This document shows positions 21,067 through 32,248 of a stretch of 64,000 nucleotides of DNA, one piece after another. Within the stretch, counting starts at the first letter, position 1, and each line of letters opens with the position of its first letter. A program made the translations under genes and the position numbers. This DNA is from Opitutales bacterium (lineage in GTDB: Bacteria; Verrucomicrobiota; Verrucomicrobiia; Opitutales; PNEW01), in contig CBDANS010000006.1 in the NCBI GenBank assembly GCA_965197745.1, positions 96,001 to 160,000 of the forward strand. The letters are read 5' to 3'. Below the pieces are notes generated by a model. The model saw nothing but the letters and a program-made list of their open reading frames with translations. It ran no database searches and was not told where the DNA came from.

Positions 21067-23883
21067 ATGACCTATAATAAAAAATGGCATCTTGTTCAAA
21101 TTTCACTTAGCGCGCTAGTAGCGATGTTCCTGATTGGCAGTCCCCTATACTCCATGGGCAAAAAGGAGAAAGAAGCCGAAGCCATGGAAGGGCAAGCGGT
21201 TTGGATCCACAACGGATTTGAGGATTTTTCAAAAGGACAATTCGATAATGCGGGGAGCAATCTTTATGTGAATGCCAACGGTGTTATTGAGATGATTAAT
21301 AACCTCGATGTAAATAGTGACGGTTATGTAGACCTCGTCCTGGCAAATTCACACGATAGAATTGAACGCGGTCCCACCTGGGCGTATTCAACCGGTCAGG
21401 GGCCGGGTGAAAATTGGAAGCGACACGAGATGTCCGCGGATAGCGGATGGATGAGCCGGGTCATCGATGTGGATGGTGACGGACACAACGACCTGGTGAC
21501 CGTGAACTCTCAGAACGGAGTCTCTTCGGAATTGGACTCATACATTTATTGGGGAGGTCCTGAGGGACTGGAAGCGAGCAGAACGGACCTCCCGACGATT
21601 GGAGCTTTCGATGTCGCGCCACTTGATATTAACAGCGATGGAAAACTCGACTTACTCTTCCCCTCCGCGTGGGTAGACGGACACAATCCGGCAATACCAC
21701 GATTAGCTCACGTCTATATTCAAGGAGAAGACCGAGCATTTAAAGATGAGGGAAAGCGCTATGGAATGATCGCGACAGGGGCCTTAGGCATCGCGACCGG
21801 GGATTTGAACAACGATGAGTATGCGGATATTGTTTTGGCCAGTTACCGTGTAGGTCAAAGTAATTTAAATACGGAGTCTTTAATTTTCTGGGGAACAGAG
21901 GAGGGAGTTAATGCCTACGATCCTTTCACTTTACCTACTTACGGAGCACGCCAGGTTATACTTGAGGACCTGAACCAGGACGGGAGCAACGACCTGATGT
22001 TCTGCGGTAGCGCTCAAGTTCGCGTCTATTGGAATAAAGGAGGAAACATTGATAGTGAGAACCCCGTCATTATTGAGGGGAAAGGTCAATCTGCAGAATT
22101 CAGCAGTAGCGTTATTCGCGCTGATATTGCCGATGTAGATGCTAATGGCTTTCCGGACCTGCTTATTGCCACCTCAGATGGCGTGCAGATCCGCTCGGGA
22201 GATAACATGGAGGAGATGAAAACATTGATTGAAGTAAAAAACTCTCGGTGGGTAACGGCCGCTGATCTCGATGGGGATAGTTTACCTGAACTGATCATCA
22301 GTAAGCACTCTGACGGGAATGAATACGATATCCAGTCACCTGTCTACTGGAATGGACCGGACGGGTATTCTGACGATCGAACGAGTTGGGTGCAAACGAT
22401 AGGGGTCATAGGTAACACCGCCGGGGACCTGGATGGAGACGGGAAGCCGGAAGTGATCTTCAATAACGTCATCGACGGGCATGTGAGTAGCATACCCTCT
22501 TATGTGTATCTCGGTAACGAAAAGGCAGATTACAATGAGGATAATCGACTCGAATTTCAAACTGTACATAGCATGATAGCTCTCGTTGCCGATTTGAATA
22601 GCGATGGGTATCCCGAAGTTGTTTTTACCACTCCGGATGGATTTCGCATATTCAGCGGTGGAGCGAAAGGACCGTTATAGAATGAATATAGCGATTTTAA
22701 TAATGATTTTGAATTAGGTGAACTGCAGGCAGTCGATTTTAATCGGGATGGCTATCTTGATATTCTTGCGGTTGCCTTTGGTTCCAGTCTTGGTGAGAAT
22801 GACAGCGATAATACTTCTTCCCTATTTTATGGTTCACCCAGCGGATTTTCCATGGAGAGAACCGATTCAGATTCACTATACAATAGAGGGGACCGGGGTG
22901 TCGTCGGTGATGTCAATAACGATGGCTATATTGATATCGTATTTCACGATAAACGGAACTTCATACGCATTTATCTCGGAAACGCTGAAGGGTTTTCCCA
23001 GGACCGGAAATGGGAAATACCCTGTCACGGCCTGGAAGATTCAGCAGCTTTAAATATGGCAGATATTAACAGTGACGGATGGCTGGATATAATTGTCGGC
23101 ATCCTTGGCCACCGCAGACGTCATAAAGACACATTGCGTATTCATTATGGAAGTCCGGAAGGCTATCAGGATGATAACATTCAGGAATTGTTGTCTGGAT
23201 ACAGCGCAATATTTACAGGAGTCGCGGACTACAATAACGACGGCAACCTCGATATCCTGGTCACCGCCTATGCTGACCCGACTTCGAGAACACCGCCGGC
23301 ACAGTTGTTTTACGGGGACGGTAAAAGGATTGATTTTGACCATCCTGTCAATCTTCCCGGTTATGCCGCCGGCGCGGTGACCCAGGCAGATTTGAATCGT
23401 GACGGATGGATAGATATCGCCCTGGCCTGTCATCGCAACGATATTGGACACCAGGTCGATTCATTGATTTACTGGAATAGCCCCGACGGGTTTGACAGGA
23501 ATGAAGTATCCCGTTTCCCCGGTCTCGGCCCCCACGGGATGACAGGTTTCGATCGGGGAAATGCATTCACCCGGAAGCCTGAAGAGAACTATGTATCCCC
23601 ACCCTATGCGTTGGGGGATCGAAAAGCGCGCCGCATCCATTGGGACAGTAAAGAGACAGAACTTCTGAAAATAAAATTCCAGCTTCGATGGAGCGAATCG
23701 GAAGCAGGTCTTGATGATGCTGCCTGGATGGGCCCGACCGGGACCGCGTCTTATTATGAAACCTCCAGTGAAACGATTGAGGGAATACCGAATGACGCCC
23801 GGTGGTTGCAATACAAAGCAACACTTATTTCAACTTATGGGTGTGGTTCACCTAAACTGAATGAAGTTCGGATCGACCTCTGA
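21067..23883 (+). pseudogene. Secreted FG-GAP/VCBS repeat protein interrupted by in-frame TAG (22678-22680)
   Basis: Many DxNxDGxxD repeats; the same frame continues after TAG (NEYSDF...VDFNRDGYLDIL) into ORF 22852..23883. Confidence 0.85.
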
Positions 23884-23988
23884 TCCAAGGTTGATTTTTT
23901 TTGATTCTTCATCGTAGGATAGTTCGAGCAGTTCAATATTTATATTGCGATTATTTTATAAAATTCCTCAATTACGGCCAGGAGAACG

Positions 23989-25107
23989 ATGAATTTTTGG
24001 ACAGAGATTAATGAGATAAAATTTGCCGAAAACGAACTTTGGCGCATTGGTCTCCTTTTTTTAGTCCTCCTGCTCGCGCTTATTATTGGGCGTATTACTA
24101 AAAGCATTCTGACAAAATATGCGCTGGTGTTCGAAAATCAGGAAAGACTGATGGGAGCGGCCGCGCTCAATGCTTTAGCGCGCACGGTAATTCTACTCTC
24201 GGCGGCAATTGGTGTTTCTATCGGTGTTAAATTGTTAGTCCTCAGCGAAGGGCTGGAAGATATTTTAGTTACGATAACAGACCTGTTGCTTGTTATCTCC
24301 GTCGGGACTGCTGTTTATTGGCTGGTGGATGTTCCCCACGCATGGCTGACTTACATGACCAAAAAAAGTCAAAGCAAGCTGGATGATATGCTTGTCCCTA
24401 TAGTACGCAAAAGCCTGCGCATTACTATAGTCCTGGTGGTCTTAGTCCAGGTGGCACAAATCCTGAGTGATAAACCTGTAACATCTATTATTGCGGGTTT
24501 AGGCATTGGAAGTTTGGCCATTGCCTTAGCTGCGCAGGATTCTATTAAAAACTTTTTCGGATCGCTTATTATTTTCACCGATAAACCGTTCGAACTGGGT
24601 GACAGGATTAAAGTGGATGGTCATGACGGACCCGTCGAAGATGTGGGGTTGCGCTCGACTAAAATCAGAAACCTGCAAGGTCATTTAGTTACTATCCCCA
24701 ACGGGGAACTGGCGAATAAATCAATTCAGAATATTGGTAAGCGTCCTTTTATCCGTCGTATTGCCAATATCACCATCACCTATGATACATCCTCGGAAAA
24801 AGTGGATCGCGCGCTGGAAATACTTAAAGAATTACTCAAAGACCACGAAGGGATGAAAGAAGATTTTCCGGCCCGTGTTTTCTTTAATGAATTTAACGAT
24901 GCCTCTTTAAATATCCTTGTCATTTACTGGTATCATCCCCCCGATTACTTTGACTATCTTGCTTTTACCGAGAAATTTAACAAAGAGGTATTTCGTCGCT
25001 TTAATGATGAGGGTATCGAATTTGCCTTTCCCACGCAGACCCTATATCTCGCCGGCGATCCTGCACGGCCGCTCAACGTGGGCGTGCAACAGGATGACGC
25101 GAATTAA
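23989..25107 (+). CDS. Small-conductance mechanosensitive channel (MscS family)
   Basis: AGLGIGSLAIALAAQD, DKPFELGDRI, IPNG, GIEFAFPTQTL. Confidence 0.93.
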   Translation: MNFWTEINEIKFAENELWRIGLLFLVLLLALIIGRITKSILTKYALVFENQERLMGAAALNALARTVILLSAAIGVSIGVKLLVLSEGLEDILVTITDLLLVISVGTAVYWLVDVPHAWLTYMTKKSQSKLDDMLVPIVRKSLRITIVLVVLVQVAQILSDKPVTSIIAGLGIGSLAIALAAQDSIKNFFGSLIIFTDKPFELGDRIKVDGHDGPVEDVGLRSTKIRNLQGHLVTIPNGELANKSIQNIGKRPFIRRIANITITYDTSSEKVDRALEILKELLKDHEGMKEDFPARVFFNEFNDASLNILVIYWYHPPDYFDYLAFTEKFNKEVFRRFNDEGIEFAFPTQTLYLAGDPARPLNVGVQQDDAN

Positions 25108-25197
25108 ATGGAGAGTATTTCCCCTTCCGTCTTTAATAAAAGTGTCACTTCCTACCAGGACTACGCTCTTTTCTGGATCTTTGCCCCTGCGGTAATT

Positions 25198-25734
25198 TTA
25201 TCGGTCAGCGGTCTCCTCGCGGAAAATCTTAAAACCGCGCGCTTCATAGTTCTGTAATGCTCTTGGGTGATCAAGGGAGTCAGTGTGTAACCAGACTCGC
25301 GATGCACCCTCCCACGCCCAGGCAGATTTTACAGCGTGTGATAACAGGACCCCACCATATCCCTTGCCTATAAATTGCGGCGTAAGGCCAAATGCCAGGA
25401 TTTCCACGTCCGATTGGTTCTGACAGAGTTCATAGTAACCGGCTACCGAACCTTTGCAGTAGGCCATCCATGTTCTATGATTTTCACTTTCAACTAAAGT
25501 TTTCCACTGACTGTCAGACCACGAGAGCTTGCTTTTCCATTCCCAGTCTTCACCAACGAACAGGTAAAGAAATTTATTAATTTGAAACTGCGCAACATCA
25601 CATTCACCGACAATTAATTCCTGCGATTCACTTTTTTCCCTCAGCCATGAGGATGACAGCATTTCCAGGTAATACGTCGTTACCTTTTCCTTTCCGCCAT
25701 TCACATTTCTGATATCATAATGATTAGGTAACAT
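25198..25734 (-). CDS. GNAT family N-acetyltransferase
   Basis: FGLTPQFIGKGYG, RVWLHT.SLDHP.ALQNY. Confidence 0.9.
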   Translation of the reverse strand: MLPNHYDIRNVNGGKEKVTTYYLEMLSSSWLREKSESQELIVGECDVAQFQINKFLYLFVGEDWEWKSKLSWSDSQWKTLVESENHRTWMAYCKGSVAGYYELCQNQSDVEILAFGLTPQFIGKGYGGVLLSHAVKSAWAWEGASRVWLHTDSLDHPRALQNYEARGFKIFREETADR

Positions 25735-25848
25735 ACTGATCAGTCACTCTTCAGCACAACACAATTTATAGGATAACATAGGGAGAAAAGTCACACTAGT
25801 CATAAAATCCCTGGAAAGTGAGCGATTTTAAAGTATTGAACGCACCCA

Positions 25849-26116
25849 TTGTCATTGCGAAGGAGGCGTAGCCGACTGTGGCTACCGAAGGGTTTAACCC
25901 GACATCTTCCACTCCAGGCGAATAGACATTGTGCGTACGAATGCCAGTCTCCGATTAGATCTTTATAATGAGGGTTTGTTTCTTCAATTAAGGCAATTAT
26001 TCAGCTGAGAATAAACACTTACATCCAAGGAACTAGATCGCGCAACCGACATTCCCCTGGAATGGAAGATGTCGCTTCGCTCTGTAGCCGCGTCGCGTTG
26101 CTCCTCGCAATGACAA
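25849..26116. mobile_element. MITE/REP-like element with TTGTCATTGCGA...TCGCAATGACAA terminal inverted repeats
   Basis: Terminal inverted repeats and internal similarity to copies at 27729, 33601, 61342. Confidence 0.8.
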
Positions 26117-26217
26117 AAAAGGAAATTAACCAACAACCACTGAAAAGGAAAGGGTTGTATTTTTTTACCTCCTACGTGGGAGATTAAATCAATTATACTA
26201 GTGCAGAATATTCAAAT

Positions 26218-26439
26218 TTACTGAATGAATTTCTAAACGCGCATGCCATGATGGACATCAACCACGTAGACGACACCGTCTTCACCGAGTGCGTCATTTT
26301 CAGGCAGCTGCGGCCAACCGTGCACCACTTTATAACTTTCATGATGCGCACCCATGACCGCTGCTATGGGGAATAGATTTAAAGCAAATGCCTTTAAATA
26401 ATATCCGAGGTTATAATGATCCAGGCTGCATGTTTTCAT
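26218..26439 (-). pseudogene. Remnant of an NHL-repeat protein (large internal deletion plus TAG)
   Basis: YKVVHGWPQLP (N-terminal type motif) joined directly to EDGVVYVVD..GMRV*KF, matching the RVQKF end of NHL repeats. Confidence 0.6.
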
Positions 26440-26574
26440 TATAATCCTTTTCTTATACTAAATGGACTAAAGCAAGGTCTGACTCCTGATGACTATGCCT
26501 TTGTCCTGCTGAAGTTTTACTCTCTTTTAAATTTATTGTGCATGTGAGCCATAATTATATAGAAAACCATCACT

Positions 26575-26976
26575 ATGGATATGCTCAATAGTCTTGCTGA
26601 CTCACTGACCCATAAATGGACAGGAATTTATATTCGCGTTTTGGCTGTCATCCTGGCCTACGGTGCCATAATGCACGTCGGGAATATACTTGGGTGGACG
26701 GGTAAACCCTGGATGGACACTCCCCTGCACTGGCGGACGATGGATATAGTGCTGCTTCTTTTTAATATAGTAGTGGGTGTTGGATTGTGGATAAAAGCTC
26801 CGTGGGCTGTGGTTGTATTTCTAATTGGGATCATCGTTCTGCAGATAGTTCCCTACACATTATTCCGCTCGCATTTTGCAGAATCACCCGATCAGGTAAA
26901 AACCCTGAATGGCCTTGTTATAACATGGGTGCTCTTATTGGGAACACTTTTTGTTCTATTTTCGTTGAAGAAGTAA
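26575..26976 (+). CDS. Hypothetical 4-TM membrane protein
   Basis: 133 aa with four hydrophobic segments. Confidence 0.75.
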   Translation: MDMLNSLADSLTHKWTGIYIRVLAVILAYGAIMHVGNILGWTGKPWMDTPLHWRTMDIVLLLFNIVVGVGLWIKAPWAVVVFLIGIIVLQIVPYTLFRSHFAESPDQVKTLNGLVITWVLLLGTLFVLFSLKK

Positions 26977-26994
26977 TGACGGCTTTTTAACGCT

Positions 26995-27651
26995 TTGGGT
27001 TACGCTATGCTGCGCCGACGCTCCATTCGACTCATCCTCATCGGGTCAGTAGGAATCTTTCTCTTCCTTTCGCTTGTTCTCTACCGAATTGCCCAACTCC
27101 CCGAGCCGGCTCCCGAAACGATGCAGGTGTCCGGAATGCAGATCATCCGTGATGAGCTGGAGAAAATGCGGGAGTCTTCGTTTGGAAGATCACCACGAGG
27201 CACGATACTCTGTGACAGGGTGGAGAATTTCCTCGAAGAGGGACGCATCATTTTCAGCTCCCAACTCGGAGGTCCACGCGGTGTGTGGCACCAGAGTATC
27301 CTCGGGAAAGAAAAGATTTATGTCAGGATTCTCGAAAACAACAACGACTACTTTATTCACCAGTTGCCCTACCAGATGATGGAGGCAATTTTTCATGAAG
27401 CCGTGCATTCCGCCCATGGCAGGTTTCACCGCAACAGTATCGAGGAAGAATGCGATGCCTTTGTCGCGGGCATGACTGTCGAGGCACTGATTAAGGGTAA
27501 ATCGGTGCCCGACGTGTTTATGATCGATGGCAAAACTTTGGGGGACTACCTTCTTGCCGCGTATTCGGATCTTCCAAGAAATCCTGACTATCGCCCCATC
27601 GGCATTACCCTGGAGGAAATCTACCGGCGTTCGAACATCGAGCGTCCGTAG
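26995..27651 (+). CDS. Membrane-anchored hypothetical protein with HExxH motif
   Basis: N-terminal TM helix, FHEAVH followed by EEECDA (zincin-like). Confidence 0.65.
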   Translation: MGYAMLRRRSIRLILIGSVGIFLFLSLVLYRIAQLPEPAPETMQVSGMQIIRDELEKMRESSFGRSPRGTILCDRVENFLEEGRIIFSSQLGGPRGVWHQSILGKEKIYVRILENNNDYFIHQLPYQMMEAIFHEAVHSAHGRFHRNSIEEECDAFVAGMTVEALIKGKSVPDVFMIDGKTLGDYLLAAYSDLPRNPDYRPIGITLEEIYRRSNIERP

Positions 27652-27728
27652 TGTGTGCGAATACGCGTGAATGCGGATTGGTCCTAACGGATATTATAAG
27701 TAATACTCATTTTCGCAATTCTCCTGTC

Positions 27729-27969
27729 GTCATTGCGAGGAGCAACGCGACGCGGCTACCGAGCGAAGCGACATCTTCCATTCCAAGGGAGTGTCTATTG
27801 CGTAATGTAGGTCCCTGGATGTAAGGGACTACTCTCAGCTAAACGAATGCCTTTACTGATGAGATGAATCCTAATTGGAAAGATCCGAGCTGAGACTGGC
27901 ATTAGTAAGCACAATGTCTATTTGCCTGGATTGCTTCGTCACCCGCGACTGCGGGATCCTCGCAATGAC
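27729..27969. mobile_element. MITE/REP-like element (GTCATTGCGAGG...CCTCGCAATGAC)
   Basis: 12-bp perfect terminal inverted repeat; opposite orientation to the 25849 copy. Confidence 0.82.
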
Positions 27970-28139
27970 AAATGAGAAAATTAACTCAATTACTATTAAA
28001 TTTCACCAATGTAGTAAGATAGCATGTGATCACTGTTCACTGATTGCTTTCTAGCCATCCTGCATCCCGCATCCTGCATCCTTAATCATACACCCAATCT
28101 GCAATCGGCATTCCAAAATCGTAAATTGATTACCCTACC

Positions 28140-29474
28140 CTATCGCACCAGTCTTCGAAAAGGTTCCTTCTTCAGATCGACCACCAGGTAGCGGTCAAGA
28201 TTACCCTCATCCAAACCTTTTTTGATCATTTCAAACGATTCTGCTGCGGCCCGACAGGTTTGTTCTATATCCTCTTCTGTATGCGCGAGCGTCGCATTGA
28301 CAGCATGGCGTGTATGTATCCCTCGCCTCGACATTTCCTGGATATATAAAGTGCTGGCTTCAGGGATAAGCTTCTCAGGAATATCTAACTTGACGGAAGG
28401 ACATACATAATGACCGACACAGCTTCCCGACAGACCTGATGAAGCAATCGCGTCATTCATCGATGCACGGTATCTTTCCCCGATTTCCTCAAATCTTTTT
28501 TCTGAGTCACGCCGTTTCAGTTCTCTAATTGTTGTGAGAGCCGCGGCCAGGCCGACATTGTCACTCCAGTAGGAACTGGAGATAAACATCCGTGATGCCG
28601 GTTCCATCACCTCACGCGATCCAACCACCGCGCCCAGGGGATAGCCGTTCGTCATACACTTGGCCAGGACCGTCATGTCCGGGGTGACACCGATGTATGC
28701 CTGTACACCGCCAACGCGTATGCGCCAGCCACTCGAGACCTCATCGAAAACAAGAAACGCATCATATTGATGCGCGAGCGCCTTCACACTTTCCAGGTAA
28801 CCATCGGGAGGAACTTCTGATCGCATGGGTTCCATCATCACCGCGGCGACTTCTCCTTCGTGTTGCTTCAACAGGTCTTCCAGCATATTCAAATCGCCGT
28901 AGGAAAAAGGAACTGCGGTTCCCGCGAGAGCTCTCGGCACCCCTATGGGGTCGATCCCCGCGAAGGGAAACTCTCCACTTTCCGGATCCACCAGGTAGTT
29001 GGCGGATTGATACCAGTCGTGCCAGCCGTGGTAACCGCAAAACAGAATGATGTCCTTGCCTGTGGTTCCCCTGACAATACGGGCGGCCAGTGCACAGGCC
29101 TCACCGCCCGCTTTGGCATAGCGAACCATCTCTGCGCTGGGAATGGTCTTAACCAGTTCTTCGGCCAGCTCTACCTCTAATGCGCTGTTGATCGTATAGA
29201 TACTGCCTTTATCAATCTGTTCTTTAACCGCCTGGTTCACCACCTCGTCGGCATGGCCTAGAATAATGGCGCTCACCGCATTCACCCAATCGATATAGAC
29301 GTTGCCGTCTATGTCTACGAACCTGGAGCCTTTTGCGTGGGCCGCGTATATAGGACTGACCCCATCGGCGAATTGGCTGGCGCGGCGCCCGAAGAGTTGT
29401 GTATGTCCCGGAATGAGTTCTCCGGCTCTCTTATACAGTTCTTTTGAACCACTTATATCAGGGAATTCTGACAT
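28140..29474 (-). CDS. Class III PLP aminotransferase (glutamate-1-semialdehyde aminomutase-like)
   Basis: DIDGNVYIDW, CGYHGWHDW, FDEVSSGWR, AKCMTNGYP. Confidence 0.9.
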   Translation of the reverse strand: MSEFPDISGSKELYKRAGELIPGHTQLFGRRASQFADGVSPIYAAHAKGSRFVDIDGNVYIDWVNAVSAIILGHADEVVNQAVKEQIDKGSIYTINSALEVELAEELVKTIPSAEMVRYAKAGGEACALAARIVRGTTGKDIILFCGYHGWHDWYQSANYLVDPESGEFPFAGIDPIGVPRALAGTAVPFSYGDLNMLEDLLKQHEGEVAAVMMEPMRSEVPPDGYLESVKALAHQYDAFLVFDEVSSGWRIRVGGVQAYIGVTPDMTVLAKCMTNGYPLGAVVGSREVMEPASRMFISSSYWSDNVGLAAALTTIRELKRRDSEKRFEEIGERYRASMNDAIASSGLSGSCVGHYVCPSVKLDIPEKLIPEASTLYIQEMSRRGIHTRHAVNATLAHTEEDIEQTCRAAAESFEMIKKGLDEGNLDRYLVVDLKKEPFRRLVR

Positions 29475-29654
29475 GAGAATTTACGAGAAAAGGTCGGGCT
29501 GTGTATTTATAGATTGACAGAGTAAGCGGTGCAAATGGCTTAGTAATGTTGGTGATAGTGTTACAGTTCTCAGGTAAAAGTTTTGCAATTAAAATTTTAC
29601 CAAAATATGACTCATGCAGATTAAACTAATATTTTTCGGAGGAGATATAATAAA

Positions 29655-30650
29655 TTGGAATCAATAAATATCTTATTCACCGACAAGCAACAAGCTGAAT
29701 TACGCAGCGAGCCCCTGCCCTCCCTGCCCGATGACTCTCTATTGGTGAAAACCAGTATGAGCCTGATCAGCACCGGCACCGAATCGATCTGCTACCGCGG
29801 CGTGCTGGAAGAAGGTTCGCACTGGGCTAACTGGGTGAAATACCCTTTTCATCCGGGCTATAGTAATGTCGGCACCGTTGAGCAAGTAGGAGCGAAGGTA
29901 GATGGCTACGCGGTGGGCGACCGGGTCTTCAGCACCGCCAACCATCGGCAATACTCTATTACCAAACCCCCTGTAACCAAAATCCCTGACACGATCAGCA
30001 ATGAATCAGCGATCTGGTCGAAACTCTGCACCATCGCTCAAACGGGGGTGCGGCGGGCACAATTGACTATGGGAGACAAAGTGGTGATCATCGGCATGGG
30101 GCCGTTGGGGCAACTGCTTACCCAATATACACGGGTAATGGGCGCTGAAGAAGTGCTTGCTATCGACACCATAGCCAGTCGCCTGGAGGTGGCCACGGCG
30201 CACGGGGCCACCCGGATCTTTAACGGTAGCGCCGCCGATGCCATCCCTTTTGTCCAGGATTTTACAGATGGACAACTGGGCGACGTGGTATTCGATGCCA
30301 CGGGCCATTACGCGGTCTTCCCACTGGCCCTCAAACTGGTTCGCCAATTTGGCACCATGATGCTCATCGGCGACTCACCACAGCCGGGTAAACAGGCTCT
30401 CACCGGTGATATTGTGACCCGTCAGATCAGTGTGCGCGGCTCGCATAACGAGCAATTACCGGACAAGAGCAAATGGCATATTTTGCGCCAGATTGAGCTG
30501 CTCTATAAATATCTCACACGGGGTCAGATGCGTGTCGATGATCTGATCACCCACCGCCATCCGCCTCAGAACGCGCCCAGGGTTTATGCCGATCTCCTGG
30601 AAAATCGGTCCGACACCATCGGCGTGGCCTTTGATTGGAGTTTATTATAA
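29655..30650 (+). CDS. Zinc-binding alcohol dehydrogenase-like (MDR) oxidoreductase
   Basis: SLISTGTE, PGYSNVG, GMGPLG Rossmann motif; TTG start with GGAGGAG SD. Confidence 0.88.
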   Translation: MESINILFTDKQQAELRSEPLPSLPDDSLLVKTSMSLISTGTESICYRGVLEEGSHWANWVKYPFHPGYSNVGTVEQVGAKVDGYAVGDRVFSTANHRQYSITKPPVTKIPDTISNESAIWSKLCTIAQTGVRRAQLTMGDKVVIIGMGPLGQLLTQYTRVMGAEEVLAIDTIASRLEVATAHGATRIFNGSAADAIPFVQDFTDGQLGDVVFDATGHYAVFPLALKLVRQFGTMMLIGDSPQPGKQALTGDIVTRQISVRGSHNEQLPDKSKWHILRQIELLYKYLTRGQMRVDDLITHRHPPQNAPRVYADLLENRSDTIGVAFDWSLL

Positions 30651-30715
30651 ATGAGAAGCAACCGATAACCTGTAATTCAAACGATGAATTAACGTCCGGA
30701 AAGGAACCCAGTCTT

Positions 30716-31495
30716 ATGCCTGTTAAACAATCCGTCTGCACCCCCATGGTCCCCCAGGAAGTGATGTCCCTGGAGGAAATTATTGAACAGATTGCCAACA
30801 TCGGTTACCCCGCTATCGAAATCTGGGGCCGGGATGACAACTTCGAGTCTATCTGTAATTCAGCCGAACAAAATAATCTTCGCGTGGCCAGCATGATTGG
30901 GCACGCTTCGCTACCGGATGGTCTCAACAACCCGGCCAACCACGATCGAATTGAGGCCGAGTTAAAGGAATCGATCGATCTCGCCGCCGATAAGAGGATA
31001 CCCGGTTTGATTTGTTTCAGCGGCAATCACCTCCCCGGTATGGATGACGCCGAGGCCATTGCTAACACGGTGACGGGTCTGCGTCGATCGGCCCCCTATG
31101 CTGAAGCCAAGGGCATAAATTTGAATTTGGAGCTGCTCAATTCCAAAGTGGACCATCCCGGCTATCAGTGTGATCACACCACCTGGGGTATGGCGGTCGT
31201 CGAGCAGGTAAACAGCCCGCAAGTCAAACTGCTCTACGACATTTACCATATGCAGATTATGGAAGGTGACATTATTCGAACTATGGTCGATAATTTATCA
31301 GCGATCGGGCATATCCATACCGCCGGTAATCCGGGGCGGAATGACCTCGATGATGACCAGGAATTAAATTACCAGGGTATCTGTCGCGCCCTCTCCGCTG
31401 CAGGATACGAGGGCTACGTCGGTCACGAATTCCGACCAAAAGGGGACTTGGTTGCAGCCTTGCGCCAGGCATATGAACAGTGCACCGTCGAGTGA
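30716..31495 (+). CDS. Hydroxypyruvate isomerase family TIM-barrel protein
   Basis: ELLNSKVDHPGY, LLYDIYHMQIMEGD, HTAGNPGR, VGHEF. Confidence 0.9.
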   Translation: MPVKQSVCTPMVPQEVMSLEEIIEQIANIGYPAIEIWGRDDNFESICNSAEQNNLRVASMIGHASLPDGLNNPANHDRIEAELKESIDLAADKRIPGLICFSGNHLPGMDDAEAIANTVTGLRRSAPYAEAKGINLNLELLNSKVDHPGYQCDHTTWGMAVVEQVNSPQVKLLYDIYHMQIMEGDIIRTMVDNLSAIGHIHTAGNPGRNDLDDDQELNYQGICRALSAAGYEGYVGHEFRPKGDLVAALRQAYEQCTVE

Positions 31496-31603
31496 GATTC
31501 AAATAGATTTGTAGGGATTCAAAACGGGTAGCCGCTGTCGTTAGACTGATAAAAGATAATTCGCTTCAAATCAAATGATTGATGAGAAGAGAGATAATTG
31601 AGT

Positions 31604-32149
31604 ATGCGTATTCTTGAAGTTCGACGTCATTCAATGCGCAATAAGCCAGGTGAGCACCTTTCCCGTGAAGGCATTGAACTCGCGCAATTCATCGGATCAA
31701 AATCTGGTCCGTTTGATTTGGTTGTTACCAGTCCAATCCATCGTGCGATCGAGACAGCAGTTGCAATGGGATTTGCCGTTAATGAAACTTGTCAGGTTCT
31801 TTCCGAGCTATCTTCTGATATATTCCATAATTCGGGATGGCCAGCTCCTTTCGATCAACTTCGGGGACTTGCGTATCAGCATCGCAATGTTGAGTCCTTC
31901 GCAATTACGCAAGCACATGCCTGGCGGGATATTGTCTGTAAAATAAATGATGATGAGCAGGTTCTTATTGTCACCCATGGTCTTTTTGTAGAGTTGGGAG
32001 CGATAGCCTGATTACCACATGCCAATCACTCAGAATGGAGCAGTCCAATTGGATACTGTGAAGGCTTTCGTTTTACATTCGAGAATGAGGAATTTCAGGC
32101 TGGTGAGATACTACGTGTTCCACCAGATCAATACTTAGTAATAAACTGA
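31604..32149 (+). pseudogene. Histidine phosphatase (phosphoglycerate mutase-like) with in-frame TGA at 32009-32011
   Basis: RRHS, TSP..RA.ETA, LIVTHG motifs; frame continues LPHANHSEW..GYCEGFRF to TGA 32149. Confidence 0.78.
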
Positions 32150-32175
32150 TGTGACATGAGGATATGGTTTAGATC

Positions 32176-32248
32176 GTCTAACAAGTCGCTAGAGACCGAC
32201 TACATCCGCCGCTAAAGTGCCAGATGTGGCGGCTCACAATTGTTGCCG
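32176..32248 (+). other. Degenerate attC-like site
   Basis: GTCTAAC inverse core followed by aagtcgctagagaccgac...gcggctca...GTT; exact complement GTTAGAC at 31540-31546 upstream of the gene. Confidence 0.5.

Noticed and set aside
32009..32011. Selenocysteine at the in-frame TGA
   Set aside because: No convincing SECIS-like hairpin seen immediately downstream, and this is not a family I know as a selenoprotein; not formally excluded
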